In this document: positions 24,680-36,189 of the stretch, piece after piece
Layout: every line of letters begins with the position of its first letter
Numbering within the stretch: position 1 is the first letter of the stretch
Origin: Vairimorpha necatrix
Taxonomy: Eukaryota
DNA length: 64,000 nt
Assembly (NCBI GenBank): GCA_036630325.1
Contig: CP142726.1
Coordinates: 682,001 to 746,000 of the forward strand
Reading direction: 5' to 3'
The notes under the pieces: generated by a model
What the model saw: the letters and a program-made list of their open reading frames with translations, nothing else
The model's database searches: none
What the model was told of the DNA's origin: nothing
Program-made: the position numbers and the translations under genes

Positions 24680-27600
24680 TCAATTCTGAAATATTCGCTT
24701 GGTTTCATCACTCTGATCTGAAAATAATATTATTATCTTCATATTCTTACTATACTTCAATCCGTCTACTAACTTGGGAGATATTATAAAAAACTGTGTC
24801 TCCTCTTCTCTCTCACATATATCAAATAATATCTCCAATATAATCTTCTCATTAATCTTATCCATCCCTTGATTTATCTCATCTACTAATCTAAAAGGAC
24901 TTGTGTCTACTAATTGTAAAGCTAATAAATACAAAATTGTAGAAACAGACTTCTCTCCTCCACTTTGTCTAAATGAACTTAATTTCTCTAATTTCTCATT
25001 ATTTCTAAACTTCACTAAAATATTAAGTCGCCATTCTTTACATTTCTTACTTTTAAAATCAAATTCTAATCTTCCTTCACATCCTAATTTATAAAATAAA
25101 TTTATAAATTCTTTATTGATTTTTTCTATTAAAAAATAAATTTCTTCTTCTATTTTGTTCTTTTTATTTTCTATATGAAATTTATAACTTATCTTGTCTT
25201 TTTGTATCTTCTCTATATTTTTATATAAGAAATCTAAAGATTTCTTATTTTCTTCATATTCATTTTTTATATTTTCATCTACTGTATAAAATTGTAACTG
25301 TGTCTTCTCTAAATTTATTAAATTCTTTAAATCTTCTAATTTATCTGGTAAATTTATCATTTCTTCTTTAGTATACTGAGTATTCTTTAAGAAATCTTTC
25401 TTATTTTTTATTTCTAATTTTAATTTCTCTTTTATATTTTCATGTTCTAAAATATTGGATTTTATAATTTCATTTTGTCTTTCTATTAAATTTCTACTAT
25501 TAAATAATCCTTGTAATTTACTTGTTTCAGACTTTGTTTGTTTATAAACAAATTGTATCTTTTGAAATCTTAAAAGATACGAAGTATCTTTCAAAATTAG
25601 AGAAATTTTCATATTTAATTTCTCTAATTCTTTATTTATAAATTTCTTCTTTTTAATTATTTCTTGTTCTTTTATATTATCTTCTTCATTTTCTAATTTC
25701 TTAAGTTCATTTTTCATAGATTTAATTTGTTCTAAAATTAATTTATAATTATTTATATTCTTCTTAATCTTTATTATCTGATTATTATGTTCTTTACTTA
25801 ATTCATAATATTTCTTTAATTCATAATCTATCTTATCAGATTTAATATGTAAATCTTTTAAATCAATATTTAAAATTCTTCTTTTTTCATTACATTCTAA
25901 TAATTTCTTATTTATTTCACTTGTATCAATTTTAGAAGAAAATAAATTCTTAGAAATTATTGGTGCACAAATTATTACTGAATCTTTGGAATTATATTTA
26001 CTTCTTCTAATTTCTAAATATTTCCCATTTACTGCTATTCTTTTAAAAGATGTATTTTCAAATATAAATTTATCATTTATATTCTTTTTAGTAATTGGAA
26101 TATTTTGTAAATGACAACTAGACATTAAGAAATTTTTAATTTCTTGTCTAGTTTCTATAAAATCTATTACTAATCCTTCAAATCCTAAATTTCTAACTTG
26201 TTCTTTTGTATATTGAAAATTTGGTACATTTTTTATATCTTCTACAATATTAATTCCTAATTTCATTTCATCTTTTAAAATTTTACTCATTTTTTCAAAA
26301 TCTATGCTATTTTTACAAATAAAAGATGTCAATGCATGAAAACTTAGAAAAATTTCAATTTCTTGCATAAACTTTTCATCAGAAATGGAAATTAATAAAA
26401 ATGGTGGTTCAATAATTTCATCTTTAAAAATCGACTTATTTGATCTTAACCAAATTACTGCTTTATAAGTGTCACTAGAAAACTTCTTTAATAATTCAAG
26501 TCTTCTTTCTTCATCTTCAGAAAATTTCCTTTTTTTCTCTTCTAATTCATCAACTTCTTTTTTTATATCAAAACATTTTTGATCAATTTCTAATCTTTTA
26601 TTTTTCAATTTATACTTTTGATCTTCTAATTCGTTTATTTTGACTTTGTTGTATTTAACAAACAAATTGTCAAGATTTTTAGCATTAAAAATATTTCTTT
26701 CAAAATCGTCATCTAAATTATTATTATTATAATTTGAATTATTATTTATATAATTTGAATTATTATAATCTAAATTATTATTATTAATATAATTTAAATT
26801 ATTCATATAATTTGTATTGTCTGTTATAAAATATTCCTTTTTTTCAATTATATTTTGTTTTATCTTTTCTAATTCTTCTTTATTACTCTCAATTTTCTGT
26901 TTTAAATTTTCAATATCAATTTTCTTTTGTTCTTTATTTTTTTCTAAATGTTCTAAATCAATATCTAATAATCCTAAATTCTCATTATTAAAATTATATT
27001 CTTTTATTACAGATTTAATTTTTTGATCAAATTTATCTAAATCTTCTATTAATTTATTTAATTCTAAATTTTTCGGATTATTTTCAATATTTTCTATTTC
27101 TAAATTTATATTTTCTATTTCTTTATTTGATTCATTTAAATTCTTCTGTAATAATTTTATTGAATTTTCAAGTCTTTTATAATCTTTTACAATTTCTTCA
27201 TATTCTAAATAAATCTTTTTATTTTCCATTTTATCAACTTTTAATAATTTCTCATCTCTTTCTTTAATTTTCTCTACATCGACATTTATTTTTTTTACAA
27301 TTTTTTCTTTTTCTTCAATTTGTTTTTTTAATGCATTTTCTTTGGAAATTTCACTATTTATTTTTGATTCAACTTCGTTTATGCATTTTATATTTTCTAT
27401 TAATTCATTTTCTTTTAAATTTAAAAGTGTCGAATTAAGAAGTTCTTCATTACTCATTTTACAAAATTCTGAAACTTTTTCTTGTGGCAAATATTGACAT
27501 AAATTATTTATGTCAATATTTAATTTAGAAATGAAATTTTCATAAATTCCTTTTTTTACTAATTCGTCATTTAAATACCAAAAATTATTAGCGATAGAAA

Positions 27601-27895
27601 TTCCTCTTCCTAATTTTATGATTTTATTATTGTAAAATATTTCTGCTTCGATTTTACAATCATGTTCTCCAAATCTAATGTATTCTTTTAGATTTTTAGA
27701 TTTTCCTATGGTCTTTGGAGAGCCGCCAAAGATAAGAGAAATGGCATTACTTATGGTGGATTTACCAGAACCATTGGGACCAATAATGAAATTTAAAGAT
27801 GGAGAAAATGAGAAAACTGAAGATTTAAAAGTCTGAAAATTCTTCAGAGATAGGGAAATTATATTTCCATTTTTAAAATTTCTACTTTGGACCAT
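24680..27895 (-). CDS. SMC5: Structural maintenance of chromosomes protein 5
   Basis: GPNGSGKS Walker A, NNLCQYLPQEKVSEF, long coiled coils, QSGGEKSVST and PFRLVDEINQGMD, typical of Smc5. Confidence 0.93.
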   Translation of the reverse strand: MVQSRNFKNGNIISLSLKNFQTFKSSVFSFSPSLNFIIGPNGSGKSTISNAISLIFGGSPKTIGKSKNLKEYIRFGEHDCKIEAEIFYNNKIIKLGRGISIANNFWYLNDELVKKGIYENFISKLNIDINNLCQYLPQEKVSEFCKMSNEELLNSTLLNLKENELIENIKCINEVESKINSEISKENALKKQIEEKEKIVKKINVDVEKIKERDEKLLKVDKMENKKIYLEYEEIVKDYKRLENSIKLLQKNLNESNKEIENINLEIENIENNPKNLELNKLIEDLDKFDQKIKSVIKEYNFNNENLGLLDIDLEHLEKNKEQKKIDIENLKQKIESNKEELEKIKQNIIEKKEYFITDNTNYMNNLNYINNNNLDYNNSNYINNNSNYNNNNLDDDFERNIFNAKNLDNLFVKYNKVKINELEDQKYKLKNKRLEIDQKCFDIKKEVDELEEKKRKFSEDEERRLELLKKFSSDTYKAVIWLRSNKSIFKDEIIEPPFLLISISDEKFMQEIEIFLSFHALTSFICKNSIDFEKMSKILKDEMKLGINIVEDIKNVPNFQYTKEQVRNLGFEGLVIDFIETRQEIKNFLMSSCHLQNIPITKKNINDKFIFENTSFKRIAVNGKYLEIRRSKYNSKDSVIICAPIISKNLFSSKIDTSEINKKLLECNEKRRILNIDLKDLHIKSDKIDYELKKYYELSKEHNNQIIKIKKNINNYKLILEQIKSMKNELKKLENEEDNIKEQEIIKKKKFINKELEKLNMKISLILKDTSYLLRFQKIQFVYKQTKSETSKLQGLFNSRNLIERQNEIIKSNILEHENIKEKLKLEIKNKKDFLKNTQYTKEEMINLPDKLEDLKNLINLEKTQLQFYTVDENIKNEYEENKKSLDFLYKNIEKIQKDKISYKFHIENKKNKIEEEIYFLIEKINKEFINLFYKLGCEGRLEFDFKSKKCKEWRLNILVKFRNNEKLEKLSSFRQSGGEKSVSTILYLLALQLVDTSPFRLVDEINQGMDKINEKIILEILFDICEREEETQFFIISPKLVDGLKYSKNMKIIILFSDQSDETKRIFQN

Positions 27896-30258
27896 TTGGG
27901 GTACAAGAAAAGAAAACTTATCTTGAAAATTTTATAAAAATTTTTTATGTCTTGAAAATATAAATGGAGTGCACTTTTATGGAAAAGAAACAAAGATAAC
28001 CTATTTTTAATTTTTATTTTTGCATAGAGAAGAAATTAAAAAGAAAAAAAAAATATCATTTTTAAAAAAGACACTTTTAAGCAACATATCAATAGTATAA
28101 TCTCTTTAAAAACAATTATAAAATTCAATGAGGAAAATTTGAGGCATTTTTAAGCATTAAATTTTAATATTCTCAGCATTTTTTCTTAAAGATAAAAAAA
28201 ACAACTCTGACCACATTTTAGAACTGAGTTTAAAAACTTGGCTTTTTTAATCATAATTTACAGATGTATATTTGGCATAACATAAATCAAATTTACATAT
28301 TATAAAAACAAAAAAAGAGGTGTAAAAAATACATCAAATTTTTTTTTATAAATAGCATAATGATAATCTATATCTGAGGAACAGTATAAAGTGTGTTATA
28401 TTATCACTCTTGCTCTATATCGACTAAGTATTATACCTATTAATATAATATTTAATGCCTTGTTGTTTTGTCAAAAAAATCAAAATTTTTTTTACTAATA
28501 AACATTTAACTACGATGCAAATGTGAATAGACAAAACAATAATGAAATAAAACATAATACAAGCATATCTTAAGATTTAGAGGGCTTTATTTTTTAAAAA
28601 ATAAAGTCAAGAAAACGTCGAGGAATAAAAAAAATAAAAATCATTTAGATTTTTTATTTTAATAAAAAGTAAATATACATCAATCATATAGTTCAATAAA
28701 TGCTCATATGGATATTTTCTTGCGATTACGGAAACTTTTTATAATTTATTTCGACATAAAGTAAATTACTTTATTTGTATGAATATAACATAAATATAAA
28801 TACTCAGTTATAAAAAGAAGTTTTTAACAAAAATAATAGCAGTATTGGACTAGTCAATATTACTTGTTCAAATTTTTTTTAAAGTTCAGACAAATTCATA
28901 ATTCAAATTAAATAATATCAATTACACGTTTGCTCTGTGTTAATGCCAATAAGTTCATTGAAAAAAATTAAAATCCTTTCCGTGTTTGATTTCTTATCTC
29001 AGTGGATTAAACGATGTAAAATAATATATTCTTAATCGATAAACATATCTCGCTTTTGACAAAAAAATTATTAGAAAATATTTAAAACCACATTTCACGT
29101 AAGAAAGCAAAATTTACAATTTTCATTTTTTTAAGTGTCAAAGTTCTTTGATTGTGCTATATTGATTTTAATACAGATGAAACAAGATCTCTTTCTTCTC
29201 ATATTTAATCATGTTTCGTTGATAGTTAAGTTAAATATCCAAAAATATTAAATCTTAAACGGTCAACAGATTGAAATTATGCAAAGAAGTGTGGTTGTAC
29301 TTCTTCCCTGATATGTTTCTAATAGCATTTTACTTCATTAAAAATTATATTATTTTGTAATTATTTTTATTTTATCTTAAGATAAAATATTCTGTATGAC
29401 CGATTTTGTGCTTAAAGCTTTTTAAAGAAATAATATGTCTCTTTATAATAGTTTCGTAAAAATCTCTTCTTCTTCAAAGAACCTTGTCACTTATAAGATT
29501 TAATGTAATTATTTTAGATCACTATTAAATGTTTTGAGTTAATGACTATCGACTGAAAGATTCACTTATATAAATTAAGATCTCATTACACTACATTATA
29601 AACTTGAGTGAATCACGGATTTAACTTATGTAATTTCATTAAGAAACTTTTCTTTAATCTACACATTACAGCATTATCAGCACAGAACAACACATATATC
29701 TAACTTTGTGGTACACAGAACTATCTATTGCGTATAAAAAAGCATTCTTGCGACTCAAAAACATGTAATTTGCTACCAGAGATTATTAACTTAAACTAGC
29801 AGTTCTGATAGCGGCTTAGTTTATATATTTGCAGAATTTCATATCTTTAAGAAATTCTAGAACTATATCAAACTTGCACATAGGCACCAGGCCATCAGAT
29901 GTAAATTTTATGGCAAATGCCTTTTAACGTAACCTATAAATTCTTTCAAGCTAGACAATATGTCGGGAAGACCTAAAATAGCGATGCTAACTTACACTTC
30001 TAGCCGATTCCCAAATCTTAACAACGAAACTTACCCGCAAATAATTTTTGACAATTGATGTCAAACTTACCTTTTTATATTTAATATTTTGGCGCCAAAA
30101 GAGTTGTCTAAGCGAAAATATGCATAAATATGACGGCTTTTGCAGTTAAACAATACATATTCTTTGTTAAAATACAATACAATACTAATTTATGATGCAT
30201 ATTTTTAAGAAAATAATTTTTTCTTTAAATACAACAAAAATACAAAATATATACCTAC

Positions 30259-31152
30259 TGTTAATATGTTTATTGTTATTCTCCATAAAAATTAGGGGTT
30301 ACATATAAAATATTTAAAATTATCAACATCCCCCTCTACAAAATTGGCTCATCAACTAAAAGCTTTAACTGAGAAGCGTGTCTTTTTATTTTCTTTTTTC
30401 CTATCTTGATTATAAACGCATTATTTTTTAAAGCTTTATAAACACATCCTCGAACCTTAAACTTAGGGCTACCTTTTCCTCTATTTCCTTCTTGTCTGAT
30501 TAGCACAACCTCCCCTGGTCTAAAAAAATGTTCTTGCTCACCTTTTCCATTCTTTTTATTGTATTTTATTATATTTTCCATTTGAATCTGTCTTAGTTTG
30601 TCTTGTACATTTAACAAGGTTGCTTCTTGGGGTGTCATTAAGATTCCAGTATGAAACGTGTTGTTGTAAATCTCTATAGCTCTTTTTAACTTCGTTTTTA
30701 AAAAACTGTCTTCCTTATTCTTAAATATTAGATCTTGTAGTGTCCTATTAAATCTCTCTACTCTACCATTGGATTGGTGATGGTAGGGAGATGTATAATG
30801 TAACTCAATATTATGATGCTTACAAAAGTTGACGACCTTTGAACTTAAATTTTCTTTTGACTGATCTAATATAAGTGTTTTTATCTTGACCTTTTCGTTG
30901 ACATCTTCTATAAAACTTACTACCTTTTCATCGTTTCTTGAACTAAGAACTTTTGCAAAACCTTCTCTAGTAAAATAATCAATTGCTGATATGATATATT
31001 GCTTTCCTATTGGGCCTATTATATCCACCGCAACCTTTTCTCCTCTTTCGAATGCCGTAACAAAAATAAACTTTTTTTTTTATGTTAATATGTTTATTGT
31101 TATTCTCCATAAAAATTAGGGGTTACATATAAAATATTTAAAATTATCAACA
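30259..31152 (-). mobile_element. 894-bp integrase-only LTR element E with 70-bp LTRs
   Basis: Identical TG..CA repeats 30259-30328 and 31083-31152, TSD CCTAC, PPT (AGAGGGGGA on minus) next to the 3' LTR. Confidence 0.92.
30336..31070 (-). CDS. Gypsy integrase core plus C-terminal domain (no HHCC finger)
   Basis: VDIIGP, IDYFTR, ILDQSKE and SNGRVERFNRTL; open to the natural stop; close homologue of element D integrase. No in-frame ATG upstream of the catalytic core as sequenced. Confidence 0.7.
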   Translation of the reverse strand, partial: FIFVTAFERGEKVAVDIIGPIGKQYIISAIDYFTREGFAKVLSSRNDEKVVSFIEDVNEKVKIKTLILDQSKENLSSKVVNFCKHHNIELHYTSPYHHQSNGRVERFNRTLQDLIFKNKEDSFLKTKLKRAIEIYNNTFHTGILMTPQEATLLNVQDKLRQIQMENIIKYNKKNGKGEQEHFFRPGEVVLIRQEGNRGKGSPKFKVRGCVYKALKNNAFIIKIGKKKIKRHASQLKLLVDEPIL

Positions 31153-31892
31153 CCTACAAATGAAGAGATTTCCCTTGTTTGTAAATAAAGTTATCAGTAT
31201 TGAGCCTACAATATGTAGCAGAAATGCGCCAGTTAGCTGGCAGTTAATGATCTGATAACACTTACGATTTCATAAACCGAATAACTTTTTTATGAATAAT
31301 AAATTGAGGATAGTTCAGTATAGTACAGGATTTAAGTTCCAAGATTGTATGTTCTTCCTTGATATAAATGTTTTTTTGCATAAATATGGATAAGTCATTA
31401 ATGTTTATGCGATAATTCCTTTAGTATCATTTTTTCTGACAAATATTAATTTGATCGTCGAATATGTATTTTTGAATGTGAAATTGTGATGTATATGACT
31501 ATATTACAAGGCATATGTTAGAAATATCACCCTTCACATATTTTCAAAGGCGCATCGCGTGTCTTACTCTGATTTTCATTATGAGTCATATAGACAAACC
31601 AACAAATAAAAGTTGCATGTTTCGTAATTCAAGAGAAAGTACGCTGATGTATTTTATTGTTGAAACAATACGTAAATTAAAAATATATTATAAATGAAGT
31701 TCGTACTAAAGGATACGATACATACGCGATAAATATGGATTTTAAGAGAAATAACTATATCATCAAACAAAAATTACAATAATTATAATTACACTAAATC
31801 TACTTAGAGAATTCTTATAAAATGCGCTTACTCCTACGAATTCACCACAGAAATTAATGTAGAATTCGTCTACCAACTGCTGGTTCTAGGAA

Positions 31893-32023
31893 AATTCACC
31901 GACCATCAATTCACCGAAAATCAATTCACCGACCAACAAATTCACCGACAACAAATTCACCGACTACAAATTCACCGACTACAAATTCACCGACAACAAA
32001 TTCACCGACAACAAATTCACCGC
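31893..32023 (+). repeat. 14-15-bp tandem array (AAATTCACCGAC..) in left TIR
   Basis: About 9 units read directly; the inverted counterpart is at the right end. Confidence 0.92.
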
Positions 32024-32486
32024 AAAATTGAAATATGTATTTTTTATGGGTATATTTATGATATACATATTTAATTTAAATTTTTTTTTGTATGGATCAT
32101 AAATATTGTGCAATATAGCATTTGAATATTACTATATTTATATAACTAAATAAATTAAAAAATAGAAAAAGTATCAAAATGTTCATTAAAAATTAATCTG
32201 AAAAGAAAGATTATTAAACAACGCGACAACAATTCCTCAAAATTATGACATATAATGTACTAGTATACTTGTAACACTAATGTTTTTACATTGCATTTAT
32301 GTGTAATGTTCTATCTAGACATATTGTAATAAAGTCTCATCCAATTCGATACCAAAGTGCAATGAAGGTATCCTAGGCACAATTGGTAAGGCGCAGGTTT
32401 GCGAAGAAAGATCTATACTTTACTTAAAATGGCACAACTCTTTTTAAATATTTTAACATTTTAATTCTGAACCCCTAATTTCAATA

Positions 32487-33881
32487 ATGCAGATCGAATA
32501 TTTACTCTCAGAAAAGGGGAAGAAAAAATTAATTTTAGAAGGTCATCTTTTCTTTAAAGAAAAAGATGTTTGGGAACTATCCAAAATATATTGGAAATGT
32601 GATACTATCAAAAGTACAAGTGCAAGTGTAGAGTGATTACAATGTCTAATGGGGAAATTAAAGTGTTTGGCGAACACAACCATTCGGGAGATGCTGCTAA
32701 AGTCGAAGCCGATAAAATATATGCTAATGTTCGAGCTTTGGCGTAAAGCTCTAGAGAAGCGCCACAATCTATTATATCAGATTGTTTATCTCTATGCAGC
32801 CATGCTGCAGCTCCAAAATTGCCATCGATTGACAATATGAAGCGTAGCGTTCGGAATATTCGACAAATTGCAGAAACTAGCCCCGCACTCCCAAATTCGC
32901 GGCAAGAAATTACATTCACAGACGAATTCAAAGAAACGACAAGAGGGGAACCCTTTTTGCTATATGATTCTGGACCAGATGAAAACAGAATTTTTATTTT
33001 TTCGACGACTCACAATTTACGGCTTTGGCAGATAGTCAACACTGGTACGCAGATGGCACCTTTAAAACCGTACAATTATTATTTCATCAACTGTACACAA
33101 TTCACGGGCTAAAACAAAGTGCTTCTATCTCCTTGGTCTTCGCTTTATTGCCAATTAAATTAGAGCAAACGTATTTTAAATTTCTTTGCACTTTAAAAGA
33201 GTTGGAACCATCATTAAATCGCAATCCATAACTGTAGATTTTGAAAAAGCCATGATGAATGCTATTTCAGTACAGTTTCCTGGTGCAAGTGTAAAAGGAT
33301 GCTTTTTTCATTTCTCACAGTGCATTTTTCGAGCCGTTCAAAATCATGGACTCAAACTACTGTACAATACAGATCCAGAATTTGCACAGCAAATAAGATC
33401 GCTGGCCGCCATAGCATTTGTACCTTTCAATTTTGTTGTTGAAGTTTTTGAAGAATTGTCTGACAGAATACTGCCCATCGAAGCTCTGCCCGTCTTAGAT
33501 TATTTTGAAGATACTTGGATTGGCCGCCCAAACCGACGACAGCGTCGAGCCCCGAAATTTGCATCAGAGATATGGAATATGTACATCAGAACAATAGATG
33601 GTCTACCGAGGACTAACAACTCGGTCGAAGGTTGGCATCGTGGGTTCGAGTCGCAAGCTGGTGGTACTCACCTGAATATTTGGAAGTTTATCAATTGCTT
33701 AAAAAAGGAACAATTTCTAAATGAAGTTCGAATAGAACAATTTCTGTCTGGTTTTAATGCTCCTACGTCTAAAAAAAAATATCGCGATTGTAGAATGAGA
33801 CTTCTAAATATAGTGTCCAATTTTAATCGAGAAAATATTATAGGATATATTCGTGCCATTGCCCATAATCTGACACATTAA
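32487..33881 (+). pseudogene. FLYWCH + MULE transposase, disrupted
   Basis: GHLF..IYWKC..CKCR..HNH, WYADGTFK, DFEKAMMNA, CFFHFSQ and RTNNSVEGWH, with several frameshifts and a stop. Confidence 0.9.
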
Positions 33882-36189
33882 AAAAAAATTATTAGATTTT
33901 TATGTTTTCTATTATTTTTGACGCAATCCAGAGGAGCTACCTCTGGACAAATATAGTTCTATTAAATTATACGTTTTATTTATTTGATTAAAGCCTCGTT
34001 GGGCATCCGTAATGGGATACTGGTCCCTGGCTCTGAGGCCCTTCCTTGGTCGTGGATTCCAAGGGTATTGATCTTTGTCTTGTCTCATAATTTTGTGTGG
34101 GGGTCAGGGCAAAAAGGAAATAAATATTTGATTTTTGGAATAGACCGGTCGAATGGTCTATTTTCCAAAAAGGGAAAATTGATAAAATAAAAAGAAATAA
34201 TTTGTTGTATTTATAATACCACATTCTACCCCCTCTAAAGTTTAATGTTCTTGACATGTATCCACTCAGAGATTCCATTAACCTTTACCCATTTTCCTTT
34301 GGATCCTAATTGCGTTACCTTTCTCTTTCTTAAGTACTTCCGGTCTAACTTCGTAGCTGTCAAATTCCTTACATATACTTCGTCGCCTAGCCTGAATTTG
34401 GGAGTAGTTAATGTTTTTTTCATATTACGCATTTGTATTGCTCTTTCTAGTGGATCATAGTATTCTTTCCCATTTAACGCAGCATTGGGGGAACATCCTA
34501 TTGATCTATTATAGTTATTATTGATCACCCATTCGCACATATCAATGGCTGTGATTATATTTTCGCCTTTCATTATAGACAGTATGAATGTTATAGTGCG
34601 GTTTACTGACTCTGATATACCATTTGAACTTGGGGTATATGTTGGAACGCGTAAGTGCTTTATGTCCACTTCGTTTAAATATTGTTCAACTTGTTTGCTT
34701 GTATACTGCTTTCCGTTATCTGATATTAGTATTGTAGGTTTAGATTTTGTTAATTCAGTCCAATTGCTGATTGCGCTTATAATCTCTTCTCCTCTTATTT
34801 TATATGCTAAATATAGTTTCGTGTATCGTGTCTTTATGTCTGTTACTGTAATAATAAATCCTTTATTATGCTTACCCGCGTCCTTAAATTTCTCTAAATT
34901 AAATGGACCATATATGTCCGAGCTAATTCTTTCAAGATTGTTTTCAGCTGACATATGGGCTCCTACCTCTCTTTTGACATAAGTTACTTTGTAAGTTTTG
35001 CATTTTCGACAATCATTTACTATTTGTTTGATCCTATGGAATAGATGTGGAACATAAAAAAAATTCTTTAGGTTATTATACATTGTTGTTATTCCTCTAT
35101 GGCCTTGTTCATGATGTATTTTATATAACCAGTGTTTTACTTTATTTGGTTTCATAAAAATTTTTCCGTCTTTATTCATTTTTATCCTTTGATTTTTGTC
35201 CTTTATCATTGCATCTTTGACCATTTTTATGTATCCATCTTCATTGTTTTTGATAATTGTGAAGCATCTCGATAAACTATCTGCAATTACATTTTCTTTA
35301 CCTTCTATGTGTATTAATTTATGGTTAAATTCATTAATGATTAACTTCCAACGACACATTCTTGAGGTTTCTAGTTTCACGTTGTTTAAGCAATTTTTAC
35401 TGTCTGTTCTGACTTCTACAAAATTTCCTTGCAAGATGCCTTTAAAGTGTATGAGTGATAAAAGGATTCCAAGATATTCCTTTTCTACAATACTATAATT
35501 TAGTTCAACCTTTCCAAATTTTTTACTAAAATATCCAATTGGACCATCCTCTTGGTAAAGTACACTACCTATCCCCATATCAGAAGCATCACATTCTAAG
35601 GTGAATGACTTTGTGTAATCTGGGCAGATTAATCTCGCTCTATTTTTAATAAATTCGCTTATGTCCTTAATAATGTTCTTAACATGCTGAGTCGATTCTA
35701 TTTTTGCTCCTTGCTGCAGCATGTTTGTTAATGGGAGTAATTTTGTAGACAAATTTGGTAGGAATTTTCTATACCATCCAATCGTCCCTAATAGTTTTTG
35801 GACATCTCTTTTAGTTTTTAGTCTTCTCTCTAATATTTCTTTAGGAATCAATTTGTTCGCTGGAAACACACCGTCAGCATTTATTGTATTTCCTAGTACC
35901 GTGATTTCATCTTTCATAAAGTTACTTTTTTCAAAGTTTATTTTTACATTTTTCTCTTTGAGTTTGTTCAAAACATTTACTATTAATTTGTTGTGTTCTT
36001 CCTTGGTTTCTGAGAATAATACAATATCATCTGTCAAGTGACAGATCTCCAGTGGTCCTAAGATTACCCTGGAGACTAGAGAATACTATTCTATAAGTAT
36101 TCTCCTCCTTTACCAAACTATGTTTATGGGGGGAAAATGTACAATATTTTCCCGCCTATAAATATAAAAGAAAATCATACCCTTGGGGT

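Noticed and set aside
26715-26815. Asn-rich insertion in SMC5 as an intein or intron
   Set aside because: In-frame low-complexity microsatellite-like expansion without splice or intein motifs.
31893-32023. CRISPR-like look of the short repeat arrays (also 40754-40972)
   Set aside because: No unique spacers and no cas genes; the arrays are inverted copies within transposon TIRs.
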